Shown: one piece after another, positions 50,546-62,659 of the stretch
Position numbering within the stretch: position 1 is the stretch's first letter
How the letters are laid out: every line of letters begins with the position of its first letter
Source: Mobula hypostoma
Lineage: Eukaryota
NCBI RefSeq assembly: GCF_963921235.1
Contig: NC_086114.1
Location: 27,900,001 to 27,964,000, forward strand
DNA length: 64,000 nt
Reading direction: 5' to 3'
Notes under the pieces: model-generated
Told to the model about the DNA's origin: nothing
Seen by the model: only the letters and a program-made list of their open reading frames with translations
The model's database searches: none
Made by a program: the position numbers and the translations under genes

Positions 50546-53181
50546 TCATTCCTGGAGTGTCCCTGGTCTCCATGTATGAGAACCGCTTCCACCCCTCACA
50601 GCCGAGAACCTTGGCCTGGGGACGGGGTTCAACGACTTCTTTTGCATTTGCACATCTTCTTTAGGTGGGAACTGAAGCAGTGAAGGTTCTAAGCTTACCT
50701 CTGGACTTTCTCTAGGTGCCCTCCCGTATTCCTGAATCAGTCCATTTCCGTGAGATACTTTGGGCGATGCTGGTGGTGGAGAATTAGGTGCAGACATCCA
50801 CACGGGCTCAGCAAGTGTGGTGGCTGACCGTGGGGCAATAACTGTGGGAGTGACAGTAGGCACTGGGGTGGAAAAGCGTCTGATCTCAAAGGCTCTCGAT
50901 GTCTTCACGGGAACTTGCTTTGTGGAGACAAAGGACTGTTGGCTGAGTGGTATGCTTGGCGCACCTCCTGACAAACCCTGTGATCTCACATTGGATTCAT
51001 CGAAACTGAACATGGCCGGATTTAATTGGTAGGGTTGACGTCTCATGAAATCAATGGCTTTTATTCCCACCTTTTGGTTGCTTGTTGGCTTCCATTTCTT
51101 CTCCGTTTTGGAGGCAGATGCAGCTTGCGACCTGCTGGCTGCTAATGGGTATGACGGGGAATAAATGGGATTATAACCGATCGGAGGTGGAGCCCGGATG
51201 TTGGGAGAATATTTCCATGTAGCCGGAAGGGAAGGAGTGGGAGATGGCCCTCTTGACTGAGGAGAGCTCGAAGGCACCGAATCAATGACAAACTTATCCA
51301 TGCGACTTTGTCTCTTAGCAAAGAGTTCCGCTCCCTTCCCCTTCAGCTGCAAGGTTACTGGTGGGTTGGTTCCATTCACTGCAAGAGAGCCACCACCAAT
51401 TAACTGAGGCTTTAAGTAAGGCTTTGGGGCAACTGGAGGGGGAATACTTTGCCTGCGTGCCTGAGACTGCATAAAATTGGAAGCTTCAGCACCAAGACTC
51501 AGAAAGTCTTCCTCTGGGCCTGATTCGAATCCCACTCCAGCATGGTCTGGCTTTTTCTCATCCAGGTTTTGTACCAGGGAAAGAAGCTCGGGGTTTGGCG
51601 AGGCTTTTTTCTGTTCAGTCTTTGTAAACATTGGCTTCCTGGTGCTTCTGCGACGAGCCTCCTGTAGGATGCCAGTTTTAGAGGCTGGCACTGAAATTCT
51701 TTGCTCTCTCGTGGCCAAGCTTTCTAATGGCTGGTTGGCTGCCCAGGCTGGTGATGAAGTGCCCCCAACAGTGTTCACTGCAGATACGCTCTCTCTCTGT
51801 GGCAGCAGTGTTGAGGAAACGCGAAAGATAGCCGTGCTGGTGACCGGAGCCTGAGGTGCCGAATATGGAGTTGCTGTGAGCAGTGATGTCATTGATGGAG
51901 GTGGTGGTGACATCATTGCGGGTGGTGGTGACATCGCTGCAGCTGGTGGTGACGTCACTGCAGTTGGTGGTGATGTCACAGTGGTTGGTGACACCGTGGT
52001 TGCTGCAGTGTTTGGTGATGTCACCATGGGTAGTGATGACATCACTGTGAGTTCTGCTGGCTTCGGTGCACTCGATAGTAAAGGAACAGTGGTCGGCGGT
52101 GACATTGCCGTAGGTGGAGGTGACATCACTGTGTGTGATGGTGACATCACTATGGCTTGCTGCGACACCTTTACAGGTGGTGGTGGTGACATCACAGGAG
52201 ATGGCGGTGACATCACAGCAGCTGCTGGCGAATAAGGGGTCTCCATTCCCACTGCTGCTGAAGCTTTCATTGGTTCAGATTGAGTAACTGCACTCACATT
52301 TGGGCTGGAGACCAGTGCTGTTGGATGTGCGAAAGATTTGGTTAGTTTGTTTTGCCCAGTAGTTTGTTCCCAAGGCTTTGGAAGTGACGCGTTTATTGTA
52401 CTACGCCGATATAGCACTGGAGCAGAGACTGAGTGCAAAGAGCTCACGTGGCTCTGCTGTAATCCTGGAGTGAATGGTCTTGCTGTCCAATTTGCCACCC
52501 CAGGGAGGCTAGGAGAACCTTGTACAACATGCTGTGAACGCTGCTGTTCACTTGGCCTTGGCAAAGTGGTCTCTGTGCGCTCCCTTGGCGACAGATTCAT
52601 TTCTGTATAATAGTTCAATGTATCTGAAGCTGGAGTCCCAGCACCTACAGTCGTACTCCTGGGCCAGGTCTGGACTTCGTTCGTCGTGGTGTAGCTCATC
52701 ACTTCAGCCTCTGTCTTAGGTTTCACCTGTAGACTGTCTGGTGTCTGAACTGGAGGTTCCTCCAATATATACTCCTTTGCCCGTTGTCTCTGATGTTCAA
52801 ATAACCTCACACCCTTCCCTTTGGTTTCAGTTAAACCCTGGGGCTCAGATTTGGGCTTTTGAATGTCCAGGTAAGAACTGTCCCAATCTGATCCCATTGA
52901 CTGATTCGTCAAACTTTTTGCATCAGAAAATGCCTCTTCATCAAATTCAGACTCACTAGTTGGCAGAAGCTCTCCGTCCTCGTCGATGCTCTGCTTCTCC
53001 TCGTCCACACTCCCATAACTAACAAGGGTGTACTTCTTTGCCCTTTGACGCCGTTTCTTAAACATAAGAACCCCCTTCGAGTGAGGATTGGGTGCAGAGG
53101 TAAGGAGGGAGGCAATGGTCTTGCATTTTGACTTGGCTTCCTTGGCTTGTTTCTCCTGCACACTTTCACTCCGATGTAGCT
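50546..53181 (-). CDS. SYNPO2L: SYNPO2L large terminal coding exon (2636 nt including stop)
   Basis: ORF 50546..53161 extended to the acceptor ctttgcag|AG CTA CAT CGG AGT GAA AGT. Synaptopodin motifs include KCKTIASLLTSAPNPHSKGVLMFKKRRQRAKKYTLVSYG, ESGPEEDFLSLGAEA, KGKGAELFAKRQSRMDKF, WKYSPNIRAPPPIGYNP and PRPRFSA...WRPG. Confidence 0.95.
51880..52225 (-). repeat. Coding degenerate ~21-nt tandem repeat (x-x-[VA]-[MT]-S-P-P) within SYNPO2L
   Basis: About 12 copies of ggtgacatc/ggtgacgtc-like cores on the + strand. Peptide units VMSPP, AMSPP, VTSPP, MMSPP. Confidence 0.85.
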
Positions 53182-53469
53182 CTGCAAAGCCAGAACATGA
53201 AAGAATAAGCTAACAAACTTCCAAAACAAGCTGTTTAAAGTTTAACAAAATAATCCCACAGCACCAAAGGATGTTTTCCTTATTCAGCCTTGTTCAAAAC
53301 AGCAGTAAATCACTCCGACATTCTACCAGTGTTGTTACATTAGTTTAACCAGAATTCTAAAGTAATATGGCATCCATTAACCAAGAAGTGAATAAACCAA
53401 TCAAATCTCTTTAGTTTTTAATATGCTTGACACAATCTGATATTGCCAAGTGTTATAGTTCTACAGGGT

Positions 53470-53955
53470 ACCATGGAGGGCATTCACAGTTCGCATCACC
53501 ATATCAATGGACGGGCCACTGCACAGGATCAGGGAAAGCTGCTGGGGTGGGGTGGGGGTGATGGTTATGGGTTCACTCGGCTCCGTCATGGGCTCTAGCC
53601 TCGCCAGCATCGAGGGCATCTTCAAAAGGCAGTGCCTCAATAATGTGCCATCCAACACTATATATACCCCCACCACACAGAACATGACTCCTTCTCATTT
53701 CTGCAATCAGAGTGGTAGGTCAGGAGCTGAAGACACACGTTCAATGTTTTAGGGACAGCTTCTTCCCCTCCACCATCAGATTTCCGAAATACAAATATAA
53801 ATACAATAAACTACAATAAGAAATACATACACACACAAACTATATATATTTCTTATTGTATTTTATAGTAAATTTTATGTATTGCACTCTATTGCTGCCA
53901 TAAAACAACAAATTTCATGACTTCTGTTAGTGCTAATAAACCCGATTATGATTCT
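53470..53955 (+). mobile_element. Rex1/Babar-like LINE 3' fragment in SYNPO2L intron
   Basis: GSSLASIEGIFKRQCL, ggacagcttcttcccctccaccatcagattt and an aataaac.cgatt tail. Confidence 0.7.
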
Positions 53956-54825
53956 GGGACAGAATCTCAGACCAGGACTGTGAAGAAGGGAGCGCAGAGG
54001 AGTGAAACAAGCTTTGGTCTTTAGGGGGAATCAACACCAGTTGGGAACAAAGCAGCAGTTTGAGAGAGCATGGAGAACCCTTTGATTTTGATGAACAGGC
54101 TGAGGCAGGTTCTGGGTTCAAGCATCTCTCCAAAGCCAAAGCATTAAATCTAGATTGCCTCTTCAGGGGTTACTGCATTGTTACAGTTGCTCCAGATGTG
54201 AAGCTCAACCTTCTATGCTCTCCGGTGGACTTAGAAAAAGAGTTGTATAGTCCTCCTCGGTGCCCTGGGCAATATTCGTCCTCAAGCAACGTCACTGATA
54301 GAGACTAAAAAGCAAAACAAAATGTAAGATGCTGGGCACTTTAAAATAAAAAGGAGGAAATGTTGTTGATATTCAGTAGGTCAGGCAGCATCTGTGGAGA
54401 GAGAAAAAGAGTTAATGTCCTTCACCAGAATTTTAGCATTTTCTACTTTAATAACAGGGATTACCTGGTTGTTATTACCTTGGTGGTGCCTTGCTAGCAC
54501 AAGCAGACTGCAGTGTTGCACAAATTAAAAATGGGATTGTACAACACCAGATTACTGCAAAAAACAATGCAGAGTCCTAATCGCAAATGACCAATATACT
54601 TGATGGCTGCACTCCTCCGAAGGTAGACAGATGCTGGAGGGATGATCTGATTGTTATACGAACCTTACCTGAACCAGGACTGTGCAGCAAGTGTCACACT
54701 ACACACAGGAGTTACTTCACTCTACATCACCCTGTATTCAGCAACATAATGATGAATTATTTGAATTTCAGGTATCTATACACAAAACATTACTTTTAGC
54801 AACCTGTGTCCAAAGTATTTAACGT

Positions 54826-55138
54826 AGAAACATAGAAAACCCTTCAGCCCACAAAGTTGTGCCGTACATATCCCTACCTTAGAAATTACTAGGCTTACAC
54901 ATAGCCCTCTATTTTTCTGAGCTCCATGTACCTATCCAAAAGTCTCTTAAAAGATCTTATCATATCCACCTCCACCACCGTTGCCGGCAGCCCATTCCAC
55001 GCACTCACGGCTCTCTGCGTAAAAAACTTACCCCTGATACCTCCTCTGTACCTACTCCCAAGAACCTTAAACCTGTGCCCCCTTGTTGCAGCCATTTCAG
55101 CCCTGGGAAGAAAGCTCTGACTATCCACATGATCAATG
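54826..55138 (-). mobile_element. Young CR1 3' fragment
   Basis: ORF 54895..55128 is near-identical to 24957..25199. Confidence 0.92.
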
Positions 55139-55934
55139 CTTCAGTATTTATCACAGTATTGTCCCGTTCTGAGAATTAAATGCTTTAGCATTACTGAAAA
55201 TTGTAAGCGATCCTTTCCACACCCATGGAAAATTCAACAATTGTCTTATATTTTTGGTCTTTTCCATCTTTTTTTGCATTTTATTTTCATGTTTTATTTT
55301 TATTTTTATTTTTTCATCTTTGTACTTTTATTCCATTGTAAAGCACCATGAACTATATCATCTATATGAAAAGTTCTCTATAAATAAAGTTATTATCATT
55401 ATTATTACTGTAGCACTCAGTCGGCCAGGCAGCATCTATGGACAGGAATAAACAGTCAACATGTCAGCCTGAGACCTGTCATCACAACTGGAAAGGAAAG
55501 GGGAAGAAGCCAGATTAAGAAGGTGGGGAGGGGGTGCAGAATAAGGAGCACAAGCTGGCAGATGGTAGGTAAGAACAGGTGAAGGTGAAGGTGGATTGGG
55601 TGGAGTAGGGAGGAGGAATTAAGTAAGACACTCAAGATTTCCAGCACCTGCAGAATCCTTTGTTTATGTATTCGAAAGGAATTTGTCAATCGGGAGTACA
55701 TCTCTCTGCAATTCCACATTTCCCCACTGGGGACAGTGAAGTGCATCAGTGGCAGGAAGAAAGCAGTAACAGCACAGGATGCAGAGAAAAATTCATCGTG
55801 AAATAACAATAATTTTTTTTTAGTGAAAGTATCCCCTACCCTACAATTGAAAGCAATGCCTAGCCTTGACTTTTTGTGAAATGCAATGGGTGTTCAGCAA
55901 GTATGTTCCTCAGATACAAGCATCGCAGAAAAGA

Positions 55935-57620
55935 GCAGCATTAAATCACCTATCCCAAATTGCCCTTGAGGAGATAATAGTGAGCTGTTTCATTTTTAAA
56001 CCATTGAAATCCATGAAGGTGCCTTTTAGGAAGTTTCAGTGTTTTCCCCAGCGAAGTTTCATGCTAGTATGGCCTGACAGAGAGTTTGGGAGTGGTGCTT
56101 CTCTCAGTCACCTGCCATCCTTGACTTTCCAGGTGAAGATTCTGGTTGGAAGGTGCTTCCAAAGAATCCTTGCCAAGCAATGACAGTTTATAGCCACAGT
56201 GCTCCAGTGTTGGAAGGTGTGAGTCCTTCGGATAGTGGGAGGGATGAAAAAGTAATGGCGGGGTACTTTGCCTTGGATAGTATCAAACTTCTCCAGCTTT
56301 CCTGGAACTTAACTCATCCAGGCAGGTGAAGATTATGGCATCACTCTCGTTTAGAAGTTGGAATAGCTTTGAGAGGTCAGTGACTCCCTCTCTGTAGATG
56401 ATCAAACGCTGACAACCTACGAGGCCTCACTGCAAGGATTTTCATAACCAGTGCTTGTTCTAAAAGAACTATCCAGAGGTACATACTCTCCAATTACCTA
56501 CTGACTCACATTCAGTCTAGATTTCACCCAGATTGCTTGGCTTCATATCTCAACATAAACTTAGCCCAAGCAAGCAGACAAATTTTAGGGGTCTGGTGAC
56601 AGCATTTGCTCTAGGCACCAAGGCAGTAAGTCTGGCATCCGAATCATGGTAAAACTGAAGTGAATGAGTATCAAGGAGAAAAACACTCTGATAGCTCACA
56701 TCTTGCTTCACACTAAATACGTTGGTTGTAATTGTTGGAGGTCAGTCTCCTCAGCCCTGAGGCCTCACTGCAAGAGTTCCTGGGGCTTTGTCTTAGAGCC
56801 AGAATCTTCTGCATCTTCATCAGTGACCATTATTCCTTCATAATGAGCCATGGGATATCTGGACAATATGATGATCAATATGTTGATAATTTGACAACAT
56901 TTAATTCTATTTTGTACCTCCTCAGCAAATAAAGCAGCTCATGCCTCCATGCCTGATACAAACTTGGATAGCAGTAAATGTCAGGTAACAGTTGCACCAT
57001 AAGAGTGCCAGGCAATGGTAAGCACCAACAAGTTAAACTACCCCTTGATCTTTGATGACATTGCTGTCTCTCAGTTCTATTTCATCTACTCTCTGATAGT
57101 CACTAATGGCTGGAAACTCAACTGGGCCAGACACATAAGTATGGTAACTACAAATGCATGTCTGAATATAGGTATTACACAGTAACTTACATCTGACACC
57201 TTTCTACAATTGAATAACAACATTCAAGAAGCTCAGTATCATCAAGGGCATAGTAGTCTGCTTCATTTCAATCCTGTCCACCATCCTGTATTTTAACCTC
57301 TCAGGCCTCTTAAGTTTGTATATTTATAAAGTCATTTGGAATGATTTGTCTAGGTTACTCCAACAGTAATTAGAGAACTTGTGACCTCTAATGCTAGGAA
57401 TGACAAGGGGAACACAACTACACGAAAGTTCCCCAAGTCATACAGCATCTTGACCTGGAATTATATCACTGGTTGTTCATTGTTGGTAGGTCTAAATCCT
57501 AGAATTCCCTCCCCAACCTCACTGAGAGCATCTTCATCAGAAGGGCTGCAATGGATCAAGGAAGTGGCTCATCATCTCCTCCTCCAGGACAATTACAGAT
57601 GGGCAATAATTGCAGTGACA
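55935..57620. mobile_element. Old LINE remnants (same family as 7195-10360), in both orientations
   Basis: cagcatt...atcccaaattgcccttgag on one side and ILTWNYI (ORF 57381..57629) on the other. Confidence 0.45.
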
Positions 57621-59481
57621 CCCAGATAACAAAATAAAAGAATATGAACAAATTATGGATGAATGTCAACAGACTGGAAGTTTACATTAATTAATCTTCT
57701 GAGATGATTAAGGAAAATCATTCTACAGCAAATTGGTCATGAATAGCGCCAAGACACAGCTCTGATTCTGTGTTTTAAAATGTTACTGTTATCTTTTCAT
57801 CTGACCTTGTGATAAGGTAAACTCAGTTTACTCTATAACATACCAGTTTATTGCAGCATGGTGATCGGTGCTGACGTGTTTGGCACAGACAGTTGTATCT
57901 AATAACTATTGACATATGTGGGAAACTAAGGCATTGAAACATTTCTGTTTGTTACAGGTTCAGAAAATTGCATTTCTGAAAAACTTACTGAAGAGATTCC
58001 GGAAACACTTAATCCAGGTAATCTTCATATATTTGTTTATTTTTGGTCATCCCTGAATTTGGTTTTCCTAAAACACTGATATGAAATGAACAAACCTGGG
58101 CTGCCCTGCTAGAAGCTAATGCAGAGTTCACTCCACTTCATGCAACAAAAGATATGGTTTATCTTGAGTGGCGGTTAAATACGAGACAAAACAAAATGTT
58201 AGTGTACCCAGATGATTAACATATCAGGGCACATATACCAGAGAACTGCCTGATGGGTCTAGGTGTGAGAAGGCCATGGGTGAAGAGGACATATAGCCAT
58301 AAGCCAGTGATGGGGCCTGGAATTAGGGCCAGGAATGGAAACTGCAAGAATCAGAATTAGATGAGAGATTGCAAAGAAGAACTGGGGCCCAGAGTTGAGG
58401 GGCAGTGACCAAATGAGTGGACAGTGGGAGTGGAGAAGAAGGATAACTGGGACCTCCAGTGGCAACTTGGGGAATAACTGGATCAAGGATTTAGACTTTA
58501 TCAGGATACAGTGACTTGTAAGGGAGGCTTTTAAGTAGCCATTTGGATCACAGTCTTTTCCTTGGTTGGTCCAGACCATTGAAAGGGAATCGGAGGCTGG
58601 AGGGCTTTAGAACTTGGGTCTTGGACTATGGGGATAAAAGTGCCTTATGGCTGTGAGGGTTAATGATTAGAAAGTTAAACGTAGTTGTCCCAAGAGTATT
58701 GTTCCCTGGATAACTTGGTCTAGTTTTTCTTGAGATGTTCCTAAGGAGCTCTGCATTGAGAATGTTACATCAAACGATGCAGAGTTCCTATCAGGCATGT
58801 AAGGTCAAGTCATTTCAAGAAGTCCACAAGTTAACTTCTGGAATACTCCAAAATTATGAAAATGACAAACACCATAAATAATGATATTTATACTTCACTT
58901 ATGGAAAAATTCATTTTAAACCCCATGAAACTGGGAGGGGAAAATTATTTCAAATTTTTAGATACTCATATTAATTTTACTACACCAGCCACCAATTAGA
59001 AATAAAATCTCCCCCTTCTTCGACCAGTTCAAAAGACTGGTGACTGATAACTATCACAGTTCAGTAACAATAACATGGCCCTGCACAGAAAAAAAGCCAG
59101 ATTTTTTCTTTGCTGTCTCAGAGATAAACCTCCACAAACAAAGTTTCACAGAGCAATTATTTGAGTTAATTTGCAATGCAGAGACCTTCAGCTCAATTGA
59201 AACAGTATCCCTGTTATTTCTAACCAGGTAAGATATACTAAACCTTTTGTACATCTATTTCTGCAGTAAAGAATATCCAAGAAGAAACTAAAATTTCCAT
59301 ATCTTTTTGCTAAATAAATAAAACACATCAAATGAAATAACATTATGCTAAAATTCTGACTTTCCACCTTACTTTAGATTATAGGCATGAAACCAACTTT
59401 GGTTGCAAAACTTTTATACACAGTACAGAATTCATCGTAAAATCAGCTAACACATTCAAATATACATACACATTCAAATAC

Positions 59482-59581
59482 CTGCATAAATTTGATGGTT
59501 GCTGGTGTTCTTTTTTGATTGAGTTTGTGAGCTTTGCATTCTGATAGCACTTGGACTAATAATCTGTGTTCTCAATTCCAT
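59482..59581 (-). CDS. SYNPO2L: Putative alternative first coding exon of short PDZ-less SYNPO2L isoform (CHAPb-like)
   Basis: ATG in tccATGG context, 33 codons MELRTQIISPSAIRMQSSQTQSKKNTSNHQIYA plus one G, then donor |gtattt. Phase 1 joins the terminal exon to give ...IYAELHRSES. Confidence 0.7.
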
Positions 59582-59707
59582 GGAGAGATTGCAATCTGTC
59601 ACAGTCTGGATTGAGGCCAGGACTGTAAGTCTGCTAAGCTCTCTATCGCTTTTTACTCCCCTTGTCAGACCAGACAAAAGGATGGTTGAGAACTTCTGTC
59701 AGTTCAA

Positions 59708-59717
59708 CTATTTTTAC
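59708..59717 (-). promoter_or_regulatory. MEF2-like A/T-rich site upstream of the putative short-isoform first exon
   Basis: CTATTTTTAC, a 9/10 match to YTA(W)4TAR, ~127 nt upstream of the ATG at 59581. Confidence 0.4.
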
Positions 59718-60842
59718 CCGGTTACATACCAACTAGTTCTGTGATGGAAACAAGCATCTGTCTGCGCTCACACTGACCTTCAGGAGATTTTTTTCCGGGA
59801 CAAAAGCTATTTCACCAAAAACAACATATTGTGGCAATTGACACAAGAATGAATGTGACAACGTCTTTGACAAAGACGTCATAGAAATACTTCTCAGCCT
59901 TAACTTTGGGATGAGCAAGAAAGCATTGTTTCAAAATTCAGGTAAACATGGTCAAATGCTGAATATACTTTGAATCTATAAATTGCTCCCAATGGGGAAA
60001 AAAATCTGCAAATTGTAGCAGTGCCTCATTTCAACAGGGCAATTCTCGTCTCCATGTAGAATTTAAGGCATGTTTAATTTTAAATATGAGATGCTTAAAT
60101 AGGTCATTGGTGTCAGCAGTTCATGAGCATTAGACAAGATATGCCTCTTTATCTGTAACTCTCCTTGATGGCATTGCAATGTACTAAAAACGACTCCCTC
60201 AAGCCTCAACCCCATGCTCAGCCTTTGATTTTCTGTCAACGCATTCCCCCACTCCCTTCCCCCTGTCTCTACTCATCACTGCAATCCAGCACTCTAAAAT
60301 TCCTTATAAAGCTCTTAACCTTACTGCCCTGATCTGCATTTCTCAAAGCCCATGACCAGCAGTCACAAAGCCTCACTTCCAAAGTGTGTGTGTATATATA
60401 CGCACATATATACCTACCCTTTGCTGACATCACCACTACCCACATCCCACCATAGTAATTAGTTTTGAATCTAATTACTTTAATGTGTTAGGTGATTTTT
60501 CGATGGAAGTTAGAATTCTATTTTATTCCAAAAGCTTTAAAGGTTCACATCATTATAGGCAGCTAGAGAGAGAGGGAGAGAAAAATCAATGTCAACATCA
60601 ACCAGCTATCACAGTCGGTATGTTGAAACAGTTTTAGTCTTGTCCCACCTACAATGACATCACCCAGACTATCAAGTAACAGATAGCAACTCAGGCGCTT
60701 TTCAGAGAGTTGACCTCATATCCTTTAGACCTTTTTCCCAGCTCATGTTCCCCTAAATAGCAGCACACAGAACAAGTCAGGAGAGACATCAGAGTTTTAA
60801 ATCACTTAAGGTCGTCTTGGAAGGTATCAAAATAAAACTTAC

Positions 60843-61708
60843 TGGCTTGCTTGGCCTTCTGTTTGTAGGTGGTCGTCAGCGCCTCATCCACGGGGTTGTT
60901 GACTGGGCCCACCATGGGCACCAGCTGCGTCTCTCTCAGGCTGGGCACGCCGGCGGCCGGCAGCAGCTTCTGCTCAGGTGAGCCAGCGTGGGCGGGTACC
61001 TCCTGAAATCCGCTGTCAGCTTCCGATGTGCCCAGGTTGCCCTGTCGCAGGGCGCTGTCCTCGCCGCTGGACTGGGCGGACCAGGTGCTGGCATAGATGG
61101 GGTTCAAGTTGGGATAGGAGGGGTTAGTCGCTGGGTTGCTGGAAATGGGGTGGGTGAGACTGGCGGGGGTGGAAATGGGCTGGGTGATGCTAGGCTTAGG
61201 GTATGTGGCAACCTCCACCTTGGGCTGCCAAATGTTAATCTTGGCTTCCACCTTCCGAGGCTGAAACATCCTTGGGATCGCCCCCTGGGTGAGGCTGGTA
61301 GGCTCCAGCCGGGTGGGCGCTGCTGGTTCCGGCGACAAGGGGCTCAGGGGGCTCCAGACGTGCTCCGGGGCGCTGTCGTACTCGCTCTGCTCCGACGCCT
61401 CATCGGCCGATCCCCGCACCGGGGGTCGGGGACCGGGCCAGCGCCGCCTCTGCCTTCGCTGCCTCTCGCTCGCAGTGTGATCCGCGTCACTGTCGGTCTC
61501 GCCGTAGTAAGCCTCGCTGTCCGGGGGCGATGTGTAGCTCTCAAGCTGACTCCTGAGTCCCCTGGCGCCGCTGGCCGCTTCCTGCTTCACACTGGGGGGT
61601 TCAGGCATCTGCCGGGGGGCTTTTGAAGAGTCTTGGCTCCGTGCACGGGGGGCGGTGGCGAGGCCGGCCTCAGATTGAAAGCTGCCAGTTGCCGGGTTGG
61701 ACGTCATC
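60843..61708 (-). CDS. SYNPO2L: SYNPO2L coding exon (866 nt)
   Basis: Lies within ORF 60802..61707. Contains SPPDSEAYYGETDSD and LVPMVGPVNNPVDEALTTTYKQKAKQA, which are SYNPO2L-like motifs. Acceptor tcttctag|G, donor GCCA|gtaagt. Phase 2 to 1. Confidence 0.92.
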
Positions 61709-62507
61709 CTAGAAGAGGATTCAAGTTACTGGGATCAGGAGCTTTGGAACAATTGAGCATGATGGACCTGCACCCTCCTGGATTACTGACATCTCACGGG
61801 CCTATATGAGATAAGTGGGCAAGGGCGTCCCAGCGAGTGCCAGAGTCCCTCCACCTCATCCCTTTCCTCCAGCTCATATAGGTACACTTATAGAATGAAT
61901 ATAGGAATCTCCAGGAAGGTTGTAGGGTAGGGGCATGCAAAGTAGAGGTAGCAGTTGGTTACATAACTCCTTCCAGTCTGATCCAACACTTACCTTTCCT
62001 CTTTGATTCCCATAATCCCTGCTATCCCCATATCTTCCAAATGTATCTCAGGCTGAGATGTACCTAAGAGATTCTCAGCCTTGACTACACTTGATGATTC
62101 ATTCCCACCAATGCCTCTCTAAGCCAGAGGGGTTCAACATTCCTCCAGAGACACATTGTGCTTCAATTATTTAACCACTGGGAACTTGGCCAGTACATGT
62201 GAGTACAGTGTTCAGCTATGAATGTATCATAAGCCCATCTCGGCTTCATGCTCATGCTTAGTCAGGTTGACGTGCCTGAAATAGAGATGAAGGACAGGAT
62301 CCACAGGAAATATCTCACCACAATTGCACTGAGGGGCTTTGGATTCCCCACCAAACGGAATAACATCTCTGCATTTACTGTTATCATATTCCTTTATCAT
62401 TTAACACAAATTAATTGGGTTTCCCAAACATCTAAACATAAAAGGAGTATAAAATATTTTTATAAAGACCCCATTTTTAAGCTATCTGCATGGTTCATAT
62501 TTGGTAC

Positions 62508-62659
62508 CTCTTGACCCAGATGCGCAGTGTCCCATCGGAAGAATCGATGATGTTCATGGCATCTGCATGTGAAATTCCACTGCAAGATCTTCCATTGATA
62601 GTCAATAGGATATCATTTTCACGTAACCCACCTCTACAAGCTTTCCCTCGCTTCCGCAC
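62508..62659 (-). CDS. SYNPO2L: SYNPO2L coding exon (C-terminal part of PDZ domain); first PDZ exon not found in window
   Basis: Hand translation gives VRKRGKACRGGLRENDILLTINGRSCSGISHADAMNIIDSSDGTLRIWVK(R), a typical PDZ second half. Acceptor ttccag, donor AG|gtacc. 152 nt, phase 0 to 2, matching the next exon. Confidence 0.9.

Noticed and set aside
50095-50664. 189-aa plus-strand ORF over the SYNPO2L stop and 3'UTR
   Set aside because: Non-ATG start and no recognisable domain. Likely chance.
51880-52225. CRISPR-like repeat/spacer appearance
   Set aside because: Degenerate in-frame coding minisatellite in a vertebrate exon, with no constant repeat, unique spacers or cas genes.
50760-52610. 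Plus-strand ORFs including the GGDI/GGDV-repeat 119-aa ORF
   Set aside because: Antisense shadows of the SYNPO2L exon and its Ser-Pro repeat.
60988-61626. 212-aa plus-strand ORF
   Set aside because: Antisense to a GC-rich SYNPO2L exon, with no recognisable motifs.
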